A DNA stretch of 64,000 nucleotides. Origin: Heterodontus francisci (Eukaryota). Below, piece after piece: positions 24,855-37,083 of this stretch. The notes beneath the pieces are model-generated. The model did not search any database. It had not been told where the DNA came from and was given only the letters and a program-made list of their open reading frames with translations. Location: assembly GCF_036365525.1 (NCBI RefSeq), contig NW_027140825.1, positions 682,001 to 746,000 on the forward strand. The letters are read 5' to 3'. How positions within the stretch are numbered: position 1 is the stretch's first letter; every line of letters starts with the position of its first letter. Position numbers and translations under genes: made by a program.

Positions 24855-25950
24855 GTTCACCACCCTCTGAGTGTAGACATTTCTCCTCATCTCTGCTGTA
24901 AATGACATCCCCTGTATTCTGAGACTGTGACCCCTGGTTCTGGACTCTCCAGCCATCGGGAACATCCTTCCTGCTTCTAGCCTGTATAGTCCTGTTAGAA
25001 TGTTAGAGGTTTCTACGAGATTCCCTCTCATTCTTTTAAACTCTAGTTAATTTAGGCCGAGTCGGCCCAATCTCTCCTCATACGTCAATCCTGCCATCCC
25101 AGGAATCAGCCTAGTAAATCTTCTTTGTACTCCCTCCATGGCAAGAACATCCTTTCTCAGATAATGAGACCAAAACTGCACACAATACTCCAGATCTGAT
25201 CTCACCAAGGCTCTGTATAACTGCAGTAAGAAATCCTTGCTCCTGTACTCAAATCCTCCTGCAACGAAGGCCAACATACCATTCGCCTTCCTAATTGCTT
25301 TCTGCACCTGAATGCTTGCTTTCAGCAACTGGGGTACAAGGATCCCCAGGTCTCACTGAACCTCCCCTTTCCCAGTCGATCACCATTCAGTTACTCATTG
25401 CCTTTCTGTTTTTACAACCAAAGTGGATAACCTCACATTTATCCGCATTATACTGCATCTACCATGCATTTTCCCACTCACCCAACTTGTCCAAATCATA
25501 TTGGAGTCTTTTTGCATCCTGCTCACAGCTCACATTACCCCCAGCTTTGTGTCATCTGCAGACAGGGAAATGTTACATTTAGTTCCCTCACCCAAGTCAT
25601 TAATATGCATTGTGAATAGCTGGGGCCCAAGCACTGATCCCTGTGATACCCCACTAGTCACTGCCTGCCTCCTGGAAAAAAGACCCACTTATTCCTACTC
25701 TCTGTTTCCTGTCTGTCAACCAATTTTCATTCCATGCCAGTATATTACCGCAATCCCACGTTCTGTAATATTGCACACTTACCTCTTATGTGGGACCTTA
25801 TTAAAAGCTTTCTGAAAATCCAAATACACCAGATCCACTGGTTCTCCCTTATCTATTCTACTTGTTAAGTCCTCAAACAACTCCAGTAGATTTGTTAAGC
25901 ATGATTTCCCTTTCGCAAACAAATGCTGACTTGGTCCAATCCTGTTTATA
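24855..25950 (-). mobile_element. CR1-like LINE RT fragment
   Basis: KANGMLAF...LYRALVRSDLEYCVQFWS...EGVQRRFTRLIPGM. Confidence 0.88.
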
Positions 25951-26849
25951 CTTTCCAGGAGAGATCATAAAGACAACTGTTCCTGGATGGAGCTTTGGGA
26001 AGTTTTCCAAACCCAGCAGAATGTGGAATATTCCAATAGATTCTAAGTGCTCCCTGAATGACAGTTCAATATCCAAAGACTCATTTCAGTACTTTCCAAA
26101 GCAGAGGAAATAATCTCCAGAGAAGTTGAAAATCATACAGAACAGTAGAGGCTATTCGGCCCGTTGTTCCTGTGCCAACATTTTGAAAGATCTACTTGTT
26201 TCATCCCACTCTACACTCTATCCTCAATGGGTGGCAGATATTTCCTGTTCAAATATACATCCCAATCTCTTTTGAAAGTGACTGTTGAATCTGCTTCCAC
26301 CATCCTTTCAGGCAGAGCATTCCTGATCAGAATAACTCACCAAGTGAAAGAAAAAAATTCCTAATCTTCCCTGTTGCTCTATTAAGAATTCTTTAATTCT
26401 TGTCCTCTCTTTACCGCCCCTTCTGCCACTGCAAACAGTTTCCCCTTAATTACTCTATCTAAACCCTTCCTGATTTTGAACCTCTATCAAATCCCCTCTT
26501 AACCTTCTCTGCTCCTCCGGAGGACAGTTCCAGGTTCTGCATTACTAACACTGCTGTCCTATGATGGGAAAAGTTTAGAAAGGGTCCCCTGGTTTGACTA
26601 TCCGCTCACTGGTCTTCTGAGATACCGAGTGGTGAAATGAGGTCTCCCCCGGGAGATTCTACAATCAATTCAGGTGAGATATCTCTCTATAAAACACATA
26701 TATGTCAACCATTCAAATCTTTATGAACATCCCCAAACATTGCAATAGATGGGACTTTGCAAGTCAATCCTGTGTAATTCTAATTCTTACACCCACAAAT
26801 ATGAAAGAACCATCTGCTTTGTTGGATACACAAGGAAGGTTGCCCTTGC

Positions 26850-26900
26850 AATGACGTCACTTCCGCATTGCTTCACAAAAGCAGGCTGTGCACCAATAGG
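26850..26900 (+). promoter_or_regulatory. V8 promoter: CRE-type element, ETS-like motif and CCAAT box
   Basis: TGACGTCA 26852-26859 running into CACTTCCG, CCAAT ~26893, ~110 bp upstream of ATG. V7 has TAACGTCA at the equivalent place. A CRE-containing decamer is a known Vbeta promoter element. Confidence 0.6.
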
Positions 26901-26965
26901 ACTGCAGTGTGTGTGAGAGCTGGACCAAGCTGGAAGGTTGAAAGAAGGGTTCACATTCCTGCATC

Positions 26966-27627
26966 ATGCTGTGTACTGTTTACCTCCATCTACTGTTTCT
27001 GCTGCTCCCAGGTTACTGTTCCTACTTGGAGGGAAATTCAGGCCCCAGTTAATCAGCTTTGAGACACAATTCCTGTTGATATCGAAGGGCTCCAATCAGT
27101 TAGAGATTTACTGGTTTGGTTTTACTGTTGAGGACAAGTGTCGTTATTTAGCGCCACTGCAGTTGTGCCCAGCGATTCTGGGAATCAGCACATGACCCCT
27201 GTGCTGGGGCGTCAGCGGGTTGATCGACTGTAGTGTGCATCGGGAGGTTTACCATTAAAGCTCTCTCTCTCTCCTCATTGTGTCTGTTCTCTTTGACCCG
27301 ATCTGTTTCTCATGTTCCTCCACAGCCCGGTCCAGGAGCGCTCTCGTTACCCAGTGGGGGAACCGGCTGACGGTCGCAGAGGGGAAAACGGTGGAAATGC
27401 ACTGTTTCCAGAATGACACCAGCGAGAGCTACATGTACTGGTATCGCCAGCAGAGCGGAGCAGGGTTACAGCTCATAGTGACCTCGATTGGCACCTCTGA
27501 TTCCAGGCCTGAAGAGGGTTTCAAGGAGAGATTTAAAGCCACCAGACCCGATCTTAAAACCTGCAGCCTGAAAATACTGAGGGTGGATCAGACTGACAGG
27601 GCGGTGTATTACTGTGCTGCTAGTGAT
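26966..27627 (+). CDS. TRBV: TCR beta V segment V8 (CAAS family D), open; most D-proximal V
   Basis: Leader 26966-27011; V exon 27326-27627; RSS CACAGTG 27628-27634, 23 bp, TCAAAAACA 27658-27666. Confidence 0.95.
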
Positions 27628-28174
27628 CACAGTGATTCAAACAGGTGCAGGGCTGGGTCAAAAACATACCACCCTCTTATACTGTGAGTGTTAGAGAGAA
27701 AAACTCAAGTAAGCAGAGCTCATAAAGTCAGCTGTTCATTGATGAAACTTTGCAGAGTTTTCCATCAACTTTCAGAGTGTAGATATTTCCTGTTCAAATA
27801 TATTTCCCAATCTCCTTTCTAAGTTACTGTTGAATCTGCTTCCTCCATCCTTTCAGGCATCGCATTCCTGATCAGAATAACTCAACAAGTTAAAAGAAAA
27901 ATCTCTTCGTCTGTGCTGGTATTGTCTGTGTGAGTCTGCATCTCTATCTTTCAGCTTGCAAACAGCTCTCAAAGTGATAAATGGATGGCTTGGTTCTGCT
28001 GAAAGACAGAGCCATCAAAGTCCGGAAGGATAGATACATCTTATTATCTTAGAATATCACCCTGTACCGTTTAAACCGACCATTGTTGTGTTTATCACAA
28101 ATTTTACCCAATCTTGATCATCCGGTTAGCAATCAAGTTACTGCCACTTATCATCGACATTCCTAATCACAGAA

Positions 28175-28810
28175 TCAGAAAATTGGTACAGTACAGGTGG
28201 CCATTCGGCCCATTGTGTCTGAACCGGCCCTCCGAATGAGCAATTCACTCAGTCCCATTCCCTTGCATTCTACCCGTAACCCTGCACATTCTTCCTTTTC
28301 ATAATTCCCTTTTGAATGCCCCGATTGCACCTGCCTGCACCATGCTCTCTGGGCCTGCACTCCAGACATTAACCATCCACTTTGTGAAACAATTTTTTCC
28401 TCATGTCACTTTTACTTCTGTTTCCAATTAGTTTAAATCTGTGCCCTCTCATTGTCCATCCTTTCACGAGTGGGAGCAGTTTCTCTCTATCTGTTCTGTC
28501 CCGACACCTCATGATTTTGACTCCCTCTATCAAACCACCTCTCAGCCTTCTCTTCTCCAAGGAAAACAATCCCAACTTCTCCAAATTATCATCATAACTG
28601 AGGTCCCTCACCCGTGGAACCATTCTCCTGAATCTTTTCCTCACTCTCTCCAATGCTTTCATTTCTTTCCTCAAGTGCAGCTCCCAGAACTGGACACAAT
28701 ACTCCAGCTGAGGCTGAACTAGTGTCTTGTACAAGTTCAACTTATTTCCTTGCTCTTGTACTCTATGCCCCTTTTAATAAAGCCCAGGATACTGTATGCT
28801 TTATTAACTG
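28175..28810 (-). mobile_element. CR1-like LINE fragment
   Basis: LYKTLVQPQLEYCVQFW...LGLFSLEKRRLRG. Confidence 0.88.
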
Positions 28811-30839
28811 CTGTCCAGTGCCAATCATGAATAATGTTTGTGGTTAATCTGCGTCTCAGTATCTTTTTATTGACAAACCGCTAACGTATCCATCTCATTT
28901 TCAGAAATTATATTTGGATATCCCTAGGTAGAGCAATCCCCACCTTCTTGGAACGCACTGTCTCATAACTGCGTTCAATTCAGGTACTTTGGCCTGAGGA
29001 AGGCGCAGCAGGAACTCCCAGGCGCTGGGGCCAGGCTTTCAGCTGAAACTTGGGCCAACTGGTGGAGGGTCCATCGAGCTGACTGAGACTGTCATTGGTG
29101 TCACACTGAGTCTCAACAATAAGGTTTATCCAGCATCTCTCAGCTCTGTACTCTCTGAATTAAACTGTGTTGAGTTCTAGCACTAAGCTAAACAGGGCAC
29201 TGGTATGGAAGGCTGTATTCTGAAGAGGAAGGCTTAGGAATGCAGGATTTGCCAGATGCCAAAAAAAGCCAGGACACCTCGTTCATCTTCTGACATCCTT
29301 GTCGACCAATAATGTCGTTGTTGATGATGGTAGCCTTTGTAACAGTAGTTGTTCTGTTCGAGGACGGGTATTCCAGCAATGATGCTCAGCATAAAGCTGC
29401 TGGATTGGTGGAAAGTGCCACCTGGTTCAGTAATATCCTTTAGGGAAGAAATTTTGCCTCCCTCACCCAATCTGGACTCTCAGTGACTCCAGACCCCGGC
29501 AGCAGTGCTGTTCACCCTTCACTGTCCTGAGGAATGGGCCTCGTCAGCCACGGAGTTGCATTCAAGAAGAAGTCTGCTCAAGAGTGGTCAGACTTGGGAA
29601 TAAACGTGGTCCTCGCCAGCCCTCATCCCGTAACAGAACAGAAATAAAACAATTGCGGTGACTTGATCTATAACAGGGCCCAGGCATGAGGCGGGGAATG
29701 TACCAAAATGCCAGGCCCAAAGTCCCTGTGCCTCCCAAGCAGGCAGCTCTTGTCACATGTCATGTCTCAACTTAATCATCGACTGCATCCCAAGAAAGTT
29801 CCTCACTGAAGGAAATCTATCAAATCTGGATATGGATGGATCAATACCACGGGACAAACACAGTCTTAGGGCCCCTATTGAAAAAAGAATGACTGGTGTC
29901 TCATTGACATACTTCCACATGTCATGGTAAATCTCTTCAACACTGACCTGTTCAGATGATAACCAGCCTGCTCTTGACAGAATTCCCTGGCGTTCTGGGA
30001 GGAATTTGTCCCAGGGCAGTTCCTACTCCAACACAGCCATATAAGTAGGGTTTGCTTGACTGGAACCCTGTCTGCAGTGAGAATGCACCCATAGAGATAA
30101 CAGATAAGGCTCACCGACTCCCAATAGCTTTGTTGTCACGTTTCATATGCCAAAGGGTGGAGAATAGTTTTACTTTTCTTAAATAAAGGAAATGATGTCA
30201 AGTTGTTCCTTTCTGATCTGTCCACATTGTAGCATCACAGAAAGATTCAACACAAAGGAGATCATACCGCCTCTGCTTGCTTTTGTGAAAATATCTATCC
30301 AGTTAGTCCCACTTTCCTGCCCTTTTGCCCTAGTCCTGGAAATCTTCTGCTCCAAGGATCTATCCAATTCCCTTTTGAAAGCTGAATCCCATTCCACTGC
30401 CCTTTCAGGTGATGTGTTCCAGATCATTAATACCCGTCCCAGTCAGAATCTTTCTCCTCGTCCCGCTTCTGCTTCTTTTGCCACTGACCCTAAATCAGCG
30501 CCTTCCTGGTTAACGACCTTCCTGCCTCAGAAAACAGCTTCTCCCTGTTCAATTTATCAAAACCCTTCCTGATTTCCAACACAACCTTCCTCTGGGTCCC
30601 TTAACCTTCTCTGCTCTGATTATAATTCATTCCGATCACCTGGAAATTGCACTGAAATCGATAAACTTCCCTTATCAAGATCTGGTTTGGCCTGCAACTG
30701 GCTTCAGGGTTTGCCATGACGAGACTTCATGGTCAAGTGAAACACGGGTTAGACCGAAAGAGAAAGATAATATTTTAGACGGTATGTGCTGTGATGACAC
30801 AATGATCTGACACTGCAAACACGCAGGAACCACTTACAT

Positions 30840-31520
30840 CAGAACATTAGAAAATAGGAGCAGGAGTAAGCCATTCGGCCCGCCGTGTCTGCTCCTCCAC
30901 ATAATGAAGATCTTGAGGATCTGCTACCTTCACTCCACTTTCCCGCCATATTCCTACATCCCTGGATTCCCTTGGTGCCTAAAATCTATGGATCTCATGT
31001 CTTCAATTTTCTCAATGACTGAGAATTCCACAGCTCTCTGAATTCCAAAGAGTCATAACCCTCTGAGTGAAGACATTCGTCCTCATCTAAGTACGATAGA
31101 CGACCCCTTATCCTGAAGATTCGACCCCTTATTTCTAGGCTCTCCAGCCAGGGGGGAAACAGCCTCTCAGCGTGTCCCCTGTCAAACCCTCTCATCATCT
31201 TGTACGTTTCAAATGGATCACCTCTGATTCTTCCAGAGAATAACAGCCCATTCGACTCAATTTCTCCTCATAGGGCAGCCTTCTCCTCCGAGGAACCAAT
31301 TGAGTGAACCTTCGTTGCAACCTCCTCTAAGGCAAATACATGCTTCCGTAGATAAGGAGAGCAACACTCTACACAACACTAAAGGTGTGTTGTTACCAAA
31401 GTCCTAACTAGCTGCAGAAAGATTTCCTTACTCTTATGTTTCAAAGCTAACATGTTACTCGCCTTCCTAATTCCTTGCTGTACCTTGATGTAAAATTGCT
31501 CTGATTCATATACACGGGTC
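30840..31520 (-). mobile_element. CR1-like LINE fragment
   Basis: IRKASNML...LQLVRTLV and RGFDR motifs, decayed. Confidence 0.7.
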
Positions 31521-32699
31521 CCTCTTTCAGTATCAATAATGAGAAGAATGTTGTCATTGAAATTACTCACCCTGTTTCTCGACCACTTTTGCTGCAGCCC
31601 CAGATATTTTCAAATTGGACTGGAGTTCCCGACATCTACAACAGGCCATCATTTCTTTTCTTTAGCTTTTATGAAGTGGAAGACTTTTAATGGGCTCCTG
31701 ACGGTAAGATGTCCTCCAGCCTTTACGGATTCGAGATGCTGTGCACATTTCCAACCTCCATTATGCCAGTGGAGTCGAAAGTGAGTTCCTTAGCTGATGT
31801 GTTCTCTGATGATTGAAGCAAAATTGCAGGGACGCAGATCAGAAGCCTTTTCCACGTGCCAACAAGATAGTAACCCTTTACTTGCAGGGTCCAAGATCGA
31901 GCAGCGTGATAAAACTGCCGGTCGGCACCCTGTCTCGAAATTCCAATGTGAGGTGAATGCACATAACCAGGAATGAATTCCAACTGATGCATCTTAGATC
32001 CAATAGTGTTAGTGGAGGGGTTGCGGGGGTGGGGAGTTTCGCTCCATTTGTCACGATCTGGTCATCTTCGCACATGGCAATAAATAATCCGACATCTCAC
32101 TGAAAGTAGGTAGCATTGATCATACTCGGACTGCGACTCCTTTACGTCAGATGGATGATCCAAATGATGAATGGTGATGAAAATTCCCTCTGCGGCCGCC
32201 AGAGGGCGCGATCACTCGCTGAATGGAAATTCATTGTCTCTCCATCTGATCGAATCCTATTTGCAGCCACAAGTTCTGCGGAGAACTGCGCCATCTCCTG
32301 GTGGAAACTGAGAATGACCAGACAATCTGTTTTAGTTAAGTTGGTTTAGGGATGTCTATTGCCCCAGATAATCCTCCAGAATGCTCCTGTTATTCTCCGA
32401 AATAGTGGCTATGGGATCATTCCCGTCTGCAGTCGGGACCTCGTTTTAACATCTCAGCCAAAATAAAGAGAGTACCTCGGTGCTACACCTCCACACGGTG
32501 CAGCACTTTCTCTGTCCTGCACTGGGAGTGTCAGCCTAGATTTTATGCTTAAATCATGGTGCGGGGACTTAAACCCACAAACCTCTGACTCAGTGCCGAG
32601 GTACTCCCCACTAAACCACGGCTGATGTATAAAGACACATCAGAGGAAGTGGTCAGTCATACAGGGTGCTTTGAGGTTCTCCCATCTGTAGCGATGACG

Positions 32700-33900
32700 A
32701 ATGCTACACCGCCTTTTGAAACAACCAGCACTCTGTGGACTAATCAGAAAACCAAGAGTCGGATACACACTTTTTGATGAGGTAACAGAGAGGGTTAATG
32801 AGGGTATTGCGGTTGATGTGGTGTACATGAACTTCAAAAAAAGCGTTTGATAAAGTACTACATAACAGGCTTGTCAGCAAAGATAAAGCTTATGCAATAA
32901 AAGGGGCATTATCAACATGGATACAAAGTTACAGGGAACATAGTAGTGGTAAACGGTTGTTGTTCAGACTAGAGGAAGGTATATAGTGCGGTTCTCCAGG
33001 GACCACTGTTTTTCTTGATCGATATTAATGACCTAGACTTGGGTGGGCAGGGCACAATTTCAAACTTTGCAGATGACACAAAACGTGGAAGTATTGTGAA
33101 CCGTGAGGAGGATGGTGATAGATTTTAAGAGGATGTAGAATGACTGGTGGAATGGGCGGGCAAATTGCAGATGCAGTTTATTACATAAAGGTGTGAAGTC
33201 TTTCATTTTGGTAGTGAAAACGAGGAGAGACAATCTCAAATAAAGGATACAATTCTAAAGGTGGTGCAGGAACAGAGGGACCTGGGTGTATATCAGTGTA
33301 AATTACTCAAGATGACAGGGCAAGTTGAGGAAGTGGTTAATCAGGCAGACTGAATCCTGGGCTTTATCAATGGAGGCATCAAATTTAAAAAAAAAACAAA
33401 GAGGTTACAGGGAACCTCGACATAACACGGGTTCCACCTCAACTGGAATATTACACCCAATTCTGGATACCACACTTTAAGAAGGATGTCAAGGGTGCAG
33501 AAAAGATTTAAGAGATTGGTTCCAGGGATGAGGGGCTTCTGTTACGTGGATAGATTGGAGAAGCTGGGGTTGTTCGCCATAGAGAAGAGAAACTTGAGAG
33601 GAGATTTGACAGAGTTGTGCAAAATCATGAGGGACCCAGACAGAGTAGATCTGTTCTCAGTGGCAGAAGGGTGGAGAACCAGGGGACACCAGTTTAAAGT
33701 AAATGGCTAAAAAAACAAACAAACAAACAAAGGTGACAGGGGGAATTCCTCTTCTACACAGAGAGGGTTAGGATCTGCGACGCACTGCCTGACAGTGCGA
33801 TGCTGGTAGTGTCAATCGAGGTCCTGGATAACTATCTGAAGAGAAACAAAAATTTACAGGGCTACGGGGAAAAGGCCAGGGAATTGGACAAGCTGAGCTG
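32700..33900 (+). mobile_element. CR1-like LINE RT fragment
   Basis: FADDTK (tttgcagatgacacaaaa ~33066), VQKRFKRLVPGM...LEKLGLF. Confidence 0.88.
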
Positions 33901-34638
33901 TTAACCTGGTGGTGATGTTACTGGACCAGTAATCCAACAGCCCGGGCTAGCGCTTTGGTAATCGTGAGTTCAAACCCCACCACAGCCGGCAGAAGAGTTT
34001 AAGTTCAATTGATTGAGGTAAAGTACCAGTGACATGAATTATGACCATGAAACGACCTGATTGTTGTTTAAACCCCCTCTGGTTCTCTAATGTCCCACAG
34101 GAGAACATTTGACCTACTTACCCCCTTACAACCTGAGTCCTGGTCCACACCAATGTAGTTATCACTTCACTGTTCTCCCAATGCCACTCAGTTGCATCAA
34201 GCGACGACAGGCAAGTGCTCAAAATTGGAGCAACAAAACACGAAATCCCGGTCGTGACAAATTCCAGTAATTTTTCTGTGACGAGTTTAGTTCTGTGTCT
34301 ACCCGTGGAAGAAATGTAAAGCGAAACTGCTGGCAGAGTCAGTTTCTGGAGGACATGCTCCAAGTCCCGGACCTCCTGTTCACAGGTCAGCACGATCGTG
34401 TAATTAGACAGCAGCGACTTTCATTTAGATAGTGACTTCACCGTCAGTCGAGAAAACGGCCGGAAAACGGTCCGGTTTGGAGGAGAGAGAGGTGGAGAGG
34501 GTTAGGGAGGGAATTGCAGAGCTGAGGCCGCTGTGAGAGGAAGGAACGGCCAAGAAATGAAGAATCGATCAGGATTAGTGGAGCAATAGCGCCACCTACC
34601 GCCCATCAATCGCCAATGCAGCCAACACTTGGTTAATT

Positions 34639-35220
34639 CAGTACTGAGGGAGTGCTGCACTGTTGGAGGATCAGTGCTGAGGGAGTGCTGCACTGGCAGA
34701 CGGCCAGTACTGAGGGAGTGCTGCAATGTCGGAGGGTCAGTACTGAGGGAGTGCTGCACTGTCGGAGGGTCAGTACTGAGGGACCACTGCACTTTCGGAG
34801 GATCAGTACTGAGGAAGTGCTGCACTGTCAGAGGGTCGGAACTGGGGGAGTGCTGCACTGTCAGGGGGCCATTACTGATGAAGCACTGCACTATCAGAGG
34901 GTCAGTACTGAGGGAATGCTGCACTGTCAGAGTGTCAGTACTGAGGGAGTGCTGCACTGTCAGAGTGTCAGTACTGAGGGAGTGCTGCACTGTCAGAGGG
35001 TCAGTACTGAGGGAGTGCTGCACTGTCAACTGGTCAGTACTGAGGGAGTGCTGCACTGTCAGAGTGTCAGTACTGAGGGAGTGCTGCACTGTCAGAGTGT
35101 CAGTACTGAGGGAGTGCTGCACTGTCAGAGGGTCAGTACTGAGGGAGTGCTGCACTGTCAGAGGGTCAGTACTGAGGGAGTGCTGCACTGTCAACTGGTC
35201 AGTACTGAGGGTTTGCTGCA
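34639..35220. repeat. 33-bp minisatellite (~17 copies)
   Basis: Unit CAGTACTGAGGGAGTGCTGCACTGTCAGAGGGT, related to the V3/V4 intron repeat. Confidence 0.95.
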
Positions 35221-36424
35221 TTTTCGCCTGAGATGTTAAACCAGCGGCTTGTCTGCCTTCTCAGGTGAGACGCACTATATCCCTTGGACTGTGTCCTGAG
35301 GCAAATAGCAAAGCAACAGGCCATTCGGCCCAACACATTCATGCTGGTGTTTGTCCTGCACACGAGCTTCCTCGCTCTCGTCTTCATCTCACCCCATCAG
35401 TAGATCCTTCAAAATCTTCCTCCTCCCATTTGTTTATCCAGATTCCCTCTTGATTACATCTCCACTATTCGTCTTATCCCACTCCCTACATCCTCTCACT
35501 CTCTGGGTTAAGAAGTTTCTCTTGAATTCCGATTTTATTTATTAGTGACTATCTTCTATTGGTGGTTCCTAGTTCCTGACTCCCCCACAAGTGAAAACAT
35601 CTTTTGCACGTCTATCCTATCAAAAACCCTTTCATAATCTTAAATCCTTCCATCAGATCACCCCCTCAGCCTTCTCTTTACAGCCCTTCCTGATCATTAT
35701 AACCTCTCAGTTCTGATATCATCCTTGTCATTACTTTTTTGCCCCTTCTCCTGTATCTCTATATCTCTTAAAATGTGAAAAGTGCTCCAACTGTGGTCTA
35801 AGCAAGATTCTATACAAGTTTAACATGACTTCTCATAGCTCCGTTATGTTGGGGGAACTTTTAGAAGAAGCAATGGATTCCTGCTTTGTGCCATGTTTGC
35901 AACAGGACAAAGGGAAATGTACTTACTTTGATGTCTCCATAATCGCCTTCCTTTGAAAATGTTTTGTGTCTATATCCCAATTCAACGTCCAGCTTTATTG
36001 TTAGACATTTTTGGAACCTCTTCAACCCAGAACCTCGCGTTACCTTCATCTGAAGAGCAAGCAGCAGAAGAACAGAACAAAAGAGTAAAACCCTCAATGT
36101 TATAGTTGAGGACCAGGTGCATGGGTGATGGGTGTTGGTGTGCAGACAGATCAGCTGAAATGATAACAGCACTGCGCACATCAACAGAACACCTGGGAAC
36201 TTGCACATCCCTGGTTTGGCAGACCTGGGACTCTGAGTGATAGGTTAAGAGATTGCAGTGTGCACGATTTTGTGTATACATTAAGTGCGTTCTGTTTGAG
36301 GACCCGTAGCTGGTGCCTCCTGAGATCCTGAAGGTTGTAGAGGGACAATGCAGGTAAAGAAAAGGGTAAGGACGGAGTCAGGGATTGGGAAAAGGGGTGC
36401 AACAGAGGGACGGAATTGAGAGGG

Positions 36425-36656
36425 NNNNNNNNNNNNNNNNNNNNNNNNNNNNNNNNNNNNNNNNNNNNNNNNNNNNNNNNNNNNNNNNNNNNNNNNNNNN
36501 NNNNNNNNNNNNNNNNNNNNNNNNNNNNNNNNNNNNNNNNNNNNNNNNNNNNNNNNNNNNNNNNNNNNNNNNNNNNNNNNNNNNNNNNNNNNNNNNNNNN
36601 NNNNNNNNNNNNNNNNNNNNNNNNNNNNNNNNNNNNNNNNNNNNNNNNNNNNNNNN
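36425..36656. other. Assembly gap (N run)
   Basis: 232 Ns. Confidence 1.
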
Positions 36657-36927
36657 ATGCCCTCCTCCTGTTCCGGTGTAACAGGTTCAAGAGGGGCTGA
36701 AGGGCCTCCTCCTGTTTCCGTGTAACATGCTCGAGAGGGGCTGAATGTCCTCCTCCTGTTCCTGTGTAACAGGCTCGAGAGGGGCTGAACGTACTCCTCC
36801 TGTTCCTGCGTAGCAGGCTGGAGAGGGGCTGAATGTCCTCCTCCTGTTCCTGTGTAACAGACTGCATTGGGGCTGTATGTCCTCCTCCTGATCCTGTGAA
36901 ACAGATTTGAGAGGGGCTGAATGGCCT
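36657..36927. repeat. ~44-bp tandem repeat (retroelement-tail-like); shorter copy at ~46050-46200
   Basis: Unit CCTCCTCCTGTTCCTGTGTAACAGGCTCGAGAGGGGCTGAATGT. Confidence 0.85.
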
Positions 36928-37070
36928 TTAATTGTGCTCCAAATGTCTAACGAAAGTTCAGCACCTGAGTCTCAACTGCCGTCACCAGGTGAAACCCTCG
37001 GGAGCCGTTTAAGCGGCGGGGACTTGTACGTTTTGCTTTCCTCTTTTTTGTATGAGTGTCTATCACTGTG

Positions 37071-37083
37071 GGGACAGCAGGGA
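37071..37083 (+). CDS. TRBD: TCR beta D segment D1 (GGGACAGCAGGGA)
   Basis: 5' 12-RSS: CTTTTTTGT 37043-37051, 12 bp, CACTGTG 37064-37070. 3' 23-RSS: CACGGTG 37084-37090, 23 bp, ACAAAAACC 37114-37122. Open in all 3 frames. Confidence 0.95.

Noticed and set aside
28900-30150. Short - strand ORFs as a possible host gene
   Set aside because: No recognisable domain or exon chain; could be decayed transposon sequence; needs BLASTx.
34502-35239. Periodic 195-239 aa ORFs and CRISPR-like periodicity
   Set aside because: 33-bp tandem repeat with no unique spacers; vertebrate DNA; no cas genes.
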